Shown piece by piece: positions 31,504 to 41,300 of a stretch of 64,000 nucleotides of DNA (position 1 is its first letter; the number at the start of each line of letters is the position of its first letter). The translations under genes were made by a program, and so were the position numbers. The DNA comes from Thermoplasmatota archaeon. GTDB lineage: Archaea; Thermoplasmatota; Penumbrarchaeia; Penumbrarchaeales; Penumbrarchaeaceae. Below the pieces are notes generated by a model. It ran no database searches. It saw only the letters and a program-made list of their open reading frames with translations, and was not told the DNA's origin. Location: the NCBI GenBank assembly GCA_025457865.1, contig JALOTP010000005.1, forward strand, positions 5,596 through 69,595, written 5' to 3'.

Positions 31504-32603
31504 TTATTCCCCCTCGTTATTATTGATTTTGTAATAAATTCAATCTCCTCTTTTTCCATATAATTGTAGATAGGTAAAGAAAGGACATTATTTGAGACAA
31601 TATCCGTTATTGGCAATCTAACATTCACATCTCTATATGCATTCAATCTATGGACCGGTGGGTAGAAATATTTTTTAACTCCAATACCTGCATCGGTCAA
31701 TTCTCTTCCTAATTGGTCTCTATCTGATCCAAACTTATTTTTATTAATAATTATTGAAAAATCCTTATGAGAACTAATATGTTCAGGTGGTATTTTCTGA
31801 AATGAGAGTCCCGGGATTCCATTCAACTCATTTTTATATAGTTTTACATATTCATTCCTATTAGTTACGAATTTATCTATGTCATCAACTTGGGATAGGC
31901 CAATTGCCGCATGTACCTCTGACATACGTGCATTCAGTCCCGGAATCTCAGATTCATAATTTTTATCCAGCCCGTAATTTCGCATTATTCTAAGTTTTTC
32001 AGCCAACTCATCATCATCGGTAGTAATAATACCCCCTTCCACAGATGTAATGAGCTTTGTTGGACTGAGGCTGAATACTTCGGGTATACCTAAGTTACCA
32101 CATTTTTTTCCATGGTATGATGCCCCGATCGCATGGGCAGCATCGATGATAAGAGGTATACCCTTTTCCTCGGATATCTCCTTTAGTTTATTGACATGGA
32201 CTGGATTCCCGTACATATGGACCGCAAGGATTGCCCCCGTCCTATCGTTTACTCTCTCTCTAACCTTCGTCGGGTCAAGTGTGAAGGTATCGTCAATATC
32301 AGCGAAGGCTAACCTGTTCGAGGTCCAATACGCACTTGCAGCGGTCGCTGCGAACGTAAAGCTCGGAAGGACCACCTCCTTGCCTCTGACCCCAAGGGCC
32401 TCCAATACAAGCATCAGTCCTGAGGTGGCACTTGAGACCGCTACCACGTTCCTTGTCCCCAGAAGACCTTTTATAGAGTCCTCAAACCTACTCGTATAGT
32501 TGTTCACGTTGGTCAGCATATTGCTCGAAAGGATCACTCTCAGGTCAGGCATCAACGAATCCACATATCTGTTCACATTCGGTCGTATGATGGGGCTAAT
32601 CAT
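31500..32603 (-). CDS. DegT/DnrJ/EryC1/StrS-family sugar aminotransferase
   Basis: Family motifs are VSSATSGLMLVLEALGV..GKEVVLPSFTFAATA and FSLSPTKLITSVEGG, which contains the PLP-lysine context. Confidence 0.85.
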   Translation of the reverse strand: MISPIIRPNVNRYVDSLMPDLRVILSSNMLTNVNNYTSRFEDSIKGLLGTRNVVAVSSATSGLMLVLEALGVRGKEVVLPSFTFAATAASAYWTSNRLAFADIDDTFTLDPTKVRERVNDRTGAILAVHMYGNPVHVNKLKEISEEKGIPLIIDAAHAIGASYHGKKCGNLGIPEVFSLSPTKLITSVEGGIITTDDDELAEKLRIMRNYGLDKNYESEIPGLNARMSEVHAAIGLSQVDDIDKFVTNRNEYVKLYKNELNGIPGLSFQKIPPEHISSHKDFSIIINKNKFGSDRDQLGRELTDAGIGVKKYFYPPVHRLNAYRDVNVRLPITDIVSNNVLSLPIYNYMEKEEIEFITKSIITRGNK

Positions 32604-32612
32604 ATTAAGGCC

Positions 32613-33569
32613 TCATGGTTGGTAATTGTAATACTTTGGTGACCGAGGATTGATGTTCATCTCTCTTATCCAGGCGGAGATCTCCCGGATGGTGGGTTCG
32701 ATGCCTATGGTCAGTCCAAATCCTTTTCTTTCTATACTATTGAAAGAGACCCTATAGGACCGAGGGTCTTTCACCTGGGATACGTATTGAATGTCAGCTT
32801 CCGGGAACACCCTTTCGAATATCTTACCAACCTCCTTCATCTGGTAGTTCTCGGAAGTGGAACCTACATTATAGGTCCCTCCTTTGAATGACTGGTGGTT
32901 TGTTAGGGCGAAGAGAAAACACCTGGCCGCATCATGAACATGAAGGAAAGGCCTCCATTGATCACCCCCGAAGATCAAGGCCTTGTTCTCCATCATTATC
33001 TTGCCGGTAAGGTAATTGATCACTAGGTCGAACCTTGGCCGTGGCGATAGTCCGTACAAAGTCCCCAATCTGAGTATAATCGGTTCGAACTTTGGGGTGG
33101 TCAGGTCCATGATCCCTTTTTCGGCCAATAGCTTCGTCTCCGCATAAAGGGATTGAGGTCTGAGCTCTGAACCTTCATCGAGAATTCCATCCTTGGCCCC
33201 GTAGACACTGCAGGTGGAGGCGAAAATGAACGTATTGATACCTTTATCCCTAGCGGACATTGCGATCCTTAATGAAGAAAGATAGTTCGTTTCGACAGCC
33301 TTGTCCGCCTGGACCGCACAAGCGGGATCACCTACGATGGCAGCAAGGTGGACGATAGCGTCGATCTCGTTCAATCCCTTCAGGACGTCAGCAGGGTTTC
33401 TGATATCACCAGGATAGATTTCCAGTTCTTTCCTTGGCATGATATCTCTTAGCGGATCGAAACCGTAATTGAACGTATCCATGACCCTTACCTGGTGACC
33501 ATCCTCTAGAAGCATTCTTACCAGTATCGAGCCTATGAAACCGGCACCACCCGTTACAAGGACACGCAT
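32613..33569 (-). CDS. NAD-dependent sugar epimerase/dehydratase (SDR family)
   Basis: MRVLVTGGAGFIGS is a Rossmann-type start, so I prefer 33569 over the track start at 33599. The catalytic context is YAETKLLAE (YxxxK). Confidence 0.85.
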   Translation of the reverse strand: MRVLVTGGAGFIGSILVRMLLEDGHQVRVMDTFNYGFDPLRDIMPRKELEIYPGDIRNPADVLKGLNEIDAIVHLAAIVGDPACAVQADKAVETNYLSSLRIAMSARDKGINTFIFASTCSVYGAKDGILDEGSELRPQSLYAETKLLAEKGIMDLTTPKFEPIILRLGTLYGLSPRPRFDLVINYLTGKIMMENKALIFGGDQWRPFLHVHDAARCFLFALTNHQSFKGGTYNVGSTSENYQMKEVGKIFERVFPEADIQYVSQVKDPRSYRVSFNSIERKGFGLTIGIEPTIREISAWIREMNINPRSPKYYNYQP

Positions 33570-33745
33570 ATGGTCACCAGAACCGTTCACCTTTATCATA
33601 TCGATATTTATATATTCATCTCAAGGCCCAAAAATGGGAAATGGGGGCAGGATATTGTGGACCATGCTATTGCATTGGGTGCTTTTGGACCCTTTTTTCG
33701 GTAAAGGATATAGGCTCGGATTGGCAATGGAGGTCCGGTGCGACC

Positions 33746-34345
33746 ATGTTCACATCAGAAGACGGGTCCTCTGCGGTCAGGATAGCTAGGGCGCATATCG
33801 AGAGGCAGTTGGGTGGCAGGCCTATTAGCACCCCGCACGGTCCAAAGGTGTTCGACCAGCCCTCCGGGGTCTTCGTCACCCTCAACACCTACCCCGACAG
33901 GGAGCTGAGGGGCTGTATAGGTTATTCCGAGCCCATAATGGCCATAGGCAAGGCCCTTAGAGAGGTCGCTGTTGCGGCTGCTACAAGGGACCCGCGTTTT
34001 CCCCCTGTCCGCCTGAAGGAGATGGACTCCATAGTCATTGACGTTACCCTGCTCACACCGCCTGAAAGGTTAGAATATTCCGGCCCGGATGACCTATTAT
34101 CCAAGATAGTCATAGGCAGGGACGGCTTGATAGCTAGAAAAGGGTTCTATTCAGGCCTCCTCCTACCCCAGGTCCCTGTTGAATGGGGGTGGGGTGTTGA
34201 GGAATTCTTATCCCACACCTGTTTAAAGGCTGGTCTTTCTAGAGATGAATGGAAGAGGGGCGATGTGGAGTTCCAAAGGTTCTCGGGGCAGGTCTTCGGT
34301 GAGAGGGTACCGCGAGGGGAAGTGGCCGAGGAGAAGCTTGGTTGA
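33746..34345 (+). CDS. AMMECR1-domain protein
   Basis: The signature is LRGCIGYSEPIMAIGKALREVAVAAATRDPRFPPV. I prefer ATG 33746 (199 aa) over the track start at 33641. Confidence 0.8.
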   Translation: MFTSEDGSSAVRIARAHIERQLGGRPISTPHGPKVFDQPSGVFVTLNTYPDRELRGCIGYSEPIMAIGKALREVAVAAATRDPRFPPVRLKEMDSIVIDVTLLTPPERLEYSGPDDLLSKIVIGRDGLIARKGFYSGLLLPQVPVEWGWGVEEFLSHTCLKAGLSRDEWKRGDVEFQRFSGQVFGERVPRGEVAEEKLG

Positions 34346-34355
34346 GGTATCACAG

Positions 34356-35699
34356 ATGTCATACGACCTTGTCATCCAGGGGAGGGTCCTGACCGGTGCA
34401 GGACCCAAGGAATCCTTCATCAGCATCGAGGATGGCATCATCTCAAAGGTCTCACGTTCCCATCCCGGACATGACGTGTCGGTTACCAAACATACCAATG
34501 GTCTTATTCTTCCAGGATGCATCGATTCCCACGTTCACTTCCGAGACCCTGGAATGACCCAAAAAGAGGATCTCACGACAGGTTCCCTCTCCGCAGCTTT
34601 CGGCGGTGTTACCTCGTTCATGGACATGCCCAACACAAGACCCCCCACCCTTGACCTGAAGAGCTTCCTTGAGAAGGCGGTCATAGCAAAGGAGATGTCC
34701 TACATAGACCACGGACTGTTCCTGGGCATCACTCCCGCCTCGGACCACATATCGGTCCTTGACCGGCTGAAAGAGTTCAAGTCCGGTCCTTTCCCTATCG
34801 GTTTGAAGGTATTCCTCGGTGAATCCACCGGTTCGCTCGTGTTCAGACCTATAGAGGGCATTGCCAAGGTGATCGAGGACGCGATAAGATACCATCTGCC
34901 ACTATCCGTCCATGCTGAGGATGGGGACCTGATAGCACAGGGAGGGATGGAAGGAAAAAGGAGCCACAAAGGGTCCTTAGCCCGCCATATGCTCTCCCGG
35001 CCTGCAGATGTGGAGCTCTCTGCCATGAACAGGGTCCTGAATGCCGCAGGCCCCAACAGTTCTGCGGTCCATTTCCTGCATATCTCATCCAAGGAGGGGA
35101 TAGAAAGGGCCAGGGATAGCGGGGCATCGGTCGAGGTAACACCACACCACCTTCTACTTGACCTGAAGTGGTGCGAAGCGAACCTGGAACTGGAAACCCT
35201 GGCCAAAGTGAACCCCCCCATCAGGACAACAGCCGACCGGGCAGCGCTCTGGGATGCACTGACATCAGGACATGTCGATGTCATAGGTTCCGATCATGCC
35301 CCGCATACCCTGCCCGAGAAGGAAGACGGTGAGAATATCCCCTCAGGGATGCCAGGCACAGAGACCATGTTCCCACTGCTTGCACATGAGTTCATGGAAA
35401 GGAGGACCGACCTACGCCTTCTCCAAAAGGTCCTTTGCGAAGGACCTGCCAGAAGGTTCGGTCTGGAACATAAGGGATGCCTGTTACCAGGTTACGATGC
35501 GGACCTGATGGTCATAGACCCAAAGGATGTCAGGAAGATAAGGGCTGAGGACCTCCATTCCAAATGCGGTTGGACCGCCTACGAGGGTTTCAGAGCGATA
35601 TTTCCGACGAGGGTCTATTCCAGGGGTGAGCTGCTGGTTGAGGATGGCAATATTTGTGGTCACTCCGGAAGATCGTTGGACCTGAGAACAAGGGAATGA
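34356..35699 (+). CDS. pyrC: Dihydroorotase-like cyclic amidohydrolase
   Basis: Motifs are PGCIDSHVHFRDPG, GGVTSFMDMPNT and GSDHAPH. I prefer the start MSYDLVIQG at 34356, because the track start at 34245 overlaps the AMMECR1 gene. Confidence 0.75.
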   Translation: MSYDLVIQGRVLTGAGPKESFISIEDGIISKVSRSHPGHDVSVTKHTNGLILPGCIDSHVHFRDPGMTQKEDLTTGSLSAAFGGVTSFMDMPNTRPPTLDLKSFLEKAVIAKEMSYIDHGLFLGITPASDHISVLDRLKEFKSGPFPIGLKVFLGESTGSLVFRPIEGIAKVIEDAIRYHLPLSVHAEDGDLIAQGGMEGKRSHKGSLARHMLSRPADVELSAMNRVLNAAGPNSSAVHFLHISSKEGIERARDSGASVEVTPHHLLLDLKWCEANLELETLAKVNPPIRTTADRAALWDALTSGHVDVIGSDHAPHTLPEKEDGENIPSGMPGTETMFPLLAHEFMERRTDLRLLQKVLCEGPARRFGLEHKGCLLPGYDADLMVIDPKDVRKIRAEDLHSKCGWTAYEGFRAIFPTRVYSRGELLVEDGNICGHSGRSLDLRTRE

Positions 35700-35707
35700 T
35701 TTTTTTT
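35700..35707 (+). terminator. Oligo-T tract (T8) immediately after the pyrC-like stop codon
   Basis: The sequence reads TGA then TTTTTTTT. Archaeal intrinsic termination commonly uses oligo-T runs. Confidence 0.5.
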
Positions 35708-35804
35708 ACACCCGTTTATTTCTTACAAAAAAAATCCCCTCGGCTATTTGTAACTTGGAAAAATGCTACGATTTTTATAAACCCCTTTTAAAAAACGACG
35801 AAGG

Positions 35805-35812
35805 TTTAAATA
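35805..35812 (+). promoter_or_regulatory. TATA box (TTTAAATA) for the S3Ae gene
   Basis: It lies about 35 nt upstream of ATG 35846. Confidence 0.5.
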
Positions 35813-35845
35813 GGACGAACATCTGTCGTCGCTCGGTGTTCCAAG

Positions 35846-36583
35846 ATGGCAAAGAAACAGACCACCAGGGAGTCGAAGAAGATCAAGGACAAGTGGAAGT
35901 CCAAGCAGTGGTATTCCATCTACGCTCCCGAGATGTTCAATAGGGCCAAGATCGGTGAGACGCTCTCAGATGACCCCGCTAAGATGCTGGGCAGGACCAT
36001 TGAAGTTACGCTCCAGGACCTGACCGGTGACTTCAGGATGATGCACATCAAGCTTAGGTTCAGGGTCGTTGATCATTCGACGAGCGACGCCTTCACTAGG
36101 TTCGTGGGATTGGACCTGACCTCAGATTACATAAGGAGGCAGACCAGGAGGAAGAGGACCAAGATGGAGGGTGTGTTCGATGTGACCACAAAGGACGGTT
36201 ACAAGATACGCCTCAAGCCCATGGCCATCTCCGATAAGAGGATACAGAGCTCCGTCCAGTACCTTATCAGAAAGAGGATGGAATCCGTGATAAATGAAGC
36301 GGGGTCTGGTCATACGTTCTCGGAGCTCACATCAATGGTGCTCACCCCCGATAAGGACAAAGGGCTCGTAACTCAGATCCTCAACCAGTGCAGGCCGGTA
36401 TACCCCTTGAAGAGGATGGACATCAGGAAGATGGAGATCCTGGCCATGCCCGAGGGGGAGGATAAAACGACCAACATCCTCTCCGCACCCGTTCCTCCTG
36501 AACAGGAGGCCAAGGCCGAAGTCAAAGAGACCTCTGCCCCCCCTGTACCAGAACCCGCCCCAGAACAAACTACAAAGAGCTGA
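35846..36583 (+). CDS. rps3ae: 30S ribosomal protein S3Ae (eS1) with an Ala/Pro/Glu-rich C-terminal extension
   Basis: The N-terminal part reads KKIKDKWKSKQWYSIYAPEMFN...IGETLSDDPAKMLGRTIEVTLQDLTGDF, which is typical of S3Ae. Confidence 0.9.
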   Translation: MAKKQTTRESKKIKDKWKSKQWYSIYAPEMFNRAKIGETLSDDPAKMLGRTIEVTLQDLTGDFRMMHIKLRFRVVDHSTSDAFTRFVGLDLTSDYIRRQTRRKRTKMEGVFDVTTKDGYKIRLKPMAISDKRIQSSVQYLIRKRMESVINEAGSGHTFSELTSMVLTPDKDKGLVTQILNQCRPVYPLKRMDIRKMEILAMPEGEDKTTNILSAPVPPEQEAKAEVKETSAPPVPEPAPEQTTKS

Positions 36584-36747
36584 TTGCAGTTCAAGCGAAC
36601 ATCGGAACCTCAGAGCGGCCCTATAAGAGGATAGAATATGCCCGTGGGTCCCGCGCAACAGGTTTTAATATTCCTAGCCCGCTCTATCTTCTGCTGGTCG
36701 ATGATGCGTCCAGTTTATCGTCGGTTCAATAGGGTGGTGGGGTCGAT

Positions 36748-37911
36748 TTGACCGAAAAGAGGATGACAGAGATCTATAAGGAGCTGGACCAGCTCTCGAG
36801 CGAGCTGGGCCCGGTGGGGGTAAGCTACCACTCTCCAGTTCACGAAGAGGTCCCGACCTTTGAGATCGATATGGAAGGTCATCTACTGAAGGTCCCCCTG
36901 CTCATGATCGAAATAACAGGTTTCTCCAACGAGGAACTATCCCTTCTCTCTCTACAGAACATCATTTTCTCCGATGACAGGAACAAGCTCCTGTCCGCCA
37001 TGGGTTCCATCGCCGAGGGAGCTCCTGTTGTGATCATTGAACTGGAGCTATTCTCGGAGCAGAGCGGGGCACACCCAGTCGAGGTCATCATGCTCCCAAT
37101 CCAAAAGGGGCAGAAGCTGATCGGGGCGTGGGGGGTCATAAAGGACATCAAGGGAAGGAAGCACCTGGAAGAGTCTCTGATAAGGACCCGTGAGGTACAG
37201 GAGAGGTCTCAGAGGTTCCTTTCCGATTTTGTTTCGCTTATGGCCAGAGAGATACGCCAGCCTTTGACAGAGATGCTACTGACGCTGGAGATGCTCCATT
37301 CCGGTCACTTCGGAGCGGTGGACGAAAGGCAGAAGGCCAGGATGGACCAGCTCATAACCGCCGTGGACAGGCTAAAAGGGATCCTGAACCAGGCTATAGA
37401 GACCTCCAAGGATGCTGGAAGGGAGATAAAGCTCGAGAAGGATACCACAGACCTCAACGGGGTTCTGAGAAGAGCGGTCCTCGATAGGATGGAGCATATG
37501 GGGTCAAAGGGCATAAAGCATGACCTCACCCTGCCAGAGCGGGCGGTGATGGCCCCCTTGGACGGTAAGGCCATGCAGCAGGCCATGGGCAACCTTCTCG
37601 ACCACAGTATGGGCCAGCTGCCAAAGGGCGGTGTGATAAGGATCGACCTTGAACAACGCAATGAGGCCATCCTTGTAACAATATCGGATTCCGGGCCCGG
37701 TATCCCCGAGGATGAGGTCGAGCAGTTGTTCGAGAGATTCCATGTGGACCCCGACAGGGAGGGGGGCACCTTCATTGAGGGTCTGTCCCTCTACATGGCA
37801 AAGAGGATAATCGAGACGCACGGGGGGAGGATATGGTGCGAGAGCTTCCCTGGACTGGGCACCAGCATCCTCATAACGCTCCCTGTAAAGATGCTCAAGG
37901 AGGGGGGATGA
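36748..37911 (+). CDS. Sensor histidine kinase
   Basis: A PAS-like N-terminal half is followed by a HisKA-like region (FLSDFVSLMAREIRQPL). The HATPase motifs are NLLDHS, DSGPGIP and GLSLYMA. Confidence 0.8.
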   Translation: MTEKRMTEIYKELDQLSSELGPVGVSYHSPVHEEVPTFEIDMEGHLLKVPLLMIEITGFSNEELSLLSLQNIIFSDDRNKLLSAMGSIAEGAPVVIIELELFSEQSGAHPVEVIMLPIQKGQKLIGAWGVIKDIKGRKHLEESLIRTREVQERSQRFLSDFVSLMAREIRQPLTEMLLTLEMLHSGHFGAVDERQKARMDQLITAVDRLKGILNQAIETSKDAGREIKLEKDTTDLNGVLRRAVLDRMEHMGSKGIKHDLTLPERAVMAPLDGKAMQQAMGNLLDHSMGQLPKGGVIRIDLEQRNEAILVTISDSGPGIPEDEVEQLFERFHVDPDREGGTFIEGLSLYMAKRIIETHGGRIWCESFPGLGTSILITLPVKMLKEGG

Positions 37912-38276
37912 TGGTGGATAGTATCATGGTGGTCGAGGACAGGGAACCGATAGCAGAGGTGCTCAGGGATATGCTCACGGCGAACGGTTTTTCCGTTGTT
38001 GCTCTGGCTACGACCGGAAAGGAGGCCATGGAAAAGTTCTCGGAGGAGCGCCCTGGGATCGTCCTCATGGACCTTCTGCTCCCCGATATGAACGGTCTAG
38101 AGGTCACTGAAAGGCTCATCGAGATGGACCCATCCGTGAGGGTGATCGCGATCACTGCCCTGTCCAGGGACGGTCTGATCGAGGATGCACTGAAAGCAGG
38201 TTGTATACGGTTCATAGCCAAACCCTTTCGGATGAAGGAGCTGGTGGGGACCATAAGAGAGATATGTGGTCCTTAA
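37908..38276 (+). CDS. CheY-like response-regulator receiver protein (single domain)
   Basis: The sequence IMVVEDREPIAEVLRDML...VLMDLLLPDMNGLEV...VIAITA...FIAKPF fits a receiver domain. Its ATG overlaps the kinase stop in ATGATG context. The track start at 37833 would lie inside the kinase gene. Confidence 0.85.
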   Translation: MMVDSIMVVEDREPIAEVLRDMLTANGFSVVALATTGKEAMEKFSEERPGIVLMDLLLPDMNGLEVTERLIEMDPSVRVIAITALSRDGLIEDALKAGCIRFIAKPFRMKELVGTIREICGP

Positions 38277-38336
38277 GGTGCCAAGCTTCCTGAACATGGT
38301 GGGTACAAGGACCATCTATGGACCATAAAGGTTATT

Positions 38337-41300
38337 ATGACAGACCGATTTAGACCTTTAGCCAAACAGCTCAGTAGCCGCTCCGTTGCCAACGGGACCA
38401 TCCCGTGGATGGCAAAAGATGATATAGTCCCCAGTCTCATGACAACCCATCGGAACGAGATGTCGGCACATAAAGGGGTGAACCGATTGGCGAGAAAATA
38501 TGAAAACAACCCCGGGTACATGATAGCCCTGGGATTGGTATTGCTAATGGTCGTGCCATCTTACATCATAGCGGTAAGGTCCGAGGGTGAGGCCCCGTCC
38601 CGAGATTGGTTGGACATTGCCGTCGATGGTATAGATGTCCAAAGACCGTCGCAGTCCAACAATATCTATCCTGGTCAGAAGATAACCGTTTGGGTCAAGC
38701 TCATCCATGACAACAGGCCGCTCGAAAGCGCCACGTTGATAAACCTCGATAATCAGTTCACCGTAGTGCTCGTTGTCGATGACACATACAGTAACGTCAC
38801 TACAATGTACAAAACGGTTTCGAGCATGCCTCTCAACTATACGGGCGCGGACCCGCCCCATGGTGGACCTAACAGCCCCTATATCGTTTATTTCATCTGG
38901 ACCGTTCCCATGAGGAAACCCGCCGGTGTAACGAGCTGGAACGATTTCAGCTTCATGATGTATGCCACCATCACCGTGGATGACGATGACAAGTCGGATA
39001 ACTTCAGGAGCGGCAGCGGAGTGAGGGTATCCGAACCTGAGTTCGCCCCCATGATCATAGAAGAGGGTGAGAAGGATGGGAAGGGCCCCATCCATGATGT
39101 GGTCGTCGGTAACCCCTATTTCATCCCGTTCCTGCTTATGAACGATGGCCCCGCCCTTGACAATATCGGAATAGAGATACTCAGCTATCCCGATGGGTGG
39201 AGCACGGATCCGTTCTCACCTAGGGTGGTATATCCGAACGACGCTGAGAGCCTGGAGCTGCCCATCCAGATCCCCAACAATCCGTTCTTTGCCCTGAACA
39301 CCGAAAAGGGTAAGGAAAAGATATATTCCATAGAGGTCCGTGCGTATTCTGCGTTCTACCCCGACGGCCCTTACCTGAGCAATGAGAGACATACGTTCCG
39401 GTTCAAGGTAGCCTTCAAACCCGGGGCAGAAATGTGGCCTGCCAAACCGTACGTCTACCTTGAACCGGGCCTCGACCCCAATACGAACAGGGTCGATTTC
39501 TATATAAAGAACACCGGGAACGGAGAATCCACCTATACGCTTTCGACCAACCTTCAGGACATAGATAAGAAAAGGGGTTGGGACGTAACCTTCAAATCGG
39601 GAGATGCCCAGCAGGAGGACATCGAACCGAACAAGGTCTATATGTTCTCCCTTAAGGTCCGAGTGCCGCTCAATGCCATGTACCTGACGAATATCAATAT
39701 AGTGGTCCGTGCGACCCTCACAGCGTCGGCAGTGACCTACGAATCCTTCAGTCAGAACCTCATCGTTTACGCTGACAAGCACTTTGCTGCCGATATTCAG
39801 AACTTCGAGAAGGCCTCGTTCAAGGTAGAACCGGGCAGGGAGAACATAATCAAGTTCAATTTCACCAACCTGGGAAATACCAAGGATGACACGCTCTTCC
39901 TTAACGTGACCCACAAACCATACGATTGGACGGTCATAATCGACCAGTCCCCGTTGAAGGGTAAAGGGCTCGGTCCCTATACTACCGTGACCCTAACCAT
40001 GGTCTGCATCATCCCGGAGACATCCAGCGCCACCCTATCGACCTTCAGGCCCATGGTAAAGGTGGAGGCGAGGGGCGGGTCGCCCCCTAAGAAACTGGAT
40101 ACGGAGGAGTTCTACTTCGAGGTCCCCCTTAGGCGGAAGCTGGACCTATCCTCTCCTCAGCGCGAGAAAGAGGGTTTCCTAGGCGGTAAGCTAGTATTTG
40201 ACGTAAATGTGCGTAATGCCGGGAACGACGTCGATTCCTTCAACCTCTCAGTGAACCACCCATGGGCAGAACTGGAGGAGACCAGGATCGAGATAAGCAG
40301 CAATGAGGTCGTAACGCTCAAGCTCTACGTTGACATACCTCAGAACGCGGCCGCTGACACGAACCCGGACACCCCGTTCCCCCTCGATCCGGTCAGGAAC
40401 TGGTATGATGGATACAAGATCACCGTCACCGGTTATTCACAGAACGAGACCAAGGATGGTGGCAAGAAGGGCTCGACGCTGACCAAGGTGGACCTGGTGC
40501 TCCATGTCCAGCCGTTCTACAACTTCGAGATGGAGATAGACCCCGAGGAGAAGCCTCTCCAGTTCTCTATGGACCATGACCAGTCGAGGGCCGTCAGGGT
40601 GAAGGTCACCAACCTCGGCAATATAGCCCTTACGGTGAAGCTAGGGTTCGTGGACAATCCTTACTCTTGGATGAGGCTCCAGAACACCTATATCGATGTC
40701 CCGTACGGTCGGTCCTCCTATGCGACGCTCTTCTTGGACCTATCCGCAGACACCATATCAGAGATAGGTAATGTCACATTGCACCTTCGCGGGTCCGCCA
40801 GGACCGGGTTCTCCGGGGAGATCGAGTACAGGATACCGATAGTCGTGAACTTCTACAGGCTCATGTTCGATTTCACCGAGAGGAGGATGAACAATGAACC
40901 GTTCACGGGGGTCCTCAACGGAGAACGCGACCTGACCTATTCGTTCCAGGTGAACATCTCCAATGTCGGTTCGAAGGACCTCCATCCGTTCCAGTTCGAG
41001 CCGCTCTACGTCGTCCTGTATGATGGATCGTTCGAGATAGATAGGGCGAACATAACCTACCTCCAGGTCGGCCAGTACAAGGTCGTCAGGTTCCGGTGGG
41101 TGGCATCGACCCCCGGCCCTCATCAGATGTCCATCGTCCTTGAGGGGGACATCCCGATAAGCGAAAAGGGCGAGGTCAAGGAATCGTGGATCATGAACAT
41201 AAGGAAAGAGCCTATAAAGGTAGATGAGGACGATAGCCTTGAGCTGTACGAGATACTCATCCCCCTAGCGCTCCTGATAATATTCGCAACGGCCATGTTC

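Noticed and set aside
34245-34355. N-terminal extension of the pyrC-like ORF in the ORF track
   Set aside because: The extension overlaps the 3-prime 100 nt of the AMMECR1 gene and is Arg/Ser/Gly-rich. The conserved amidohydrolase sequence begins at MSYDLVIQG (34356).
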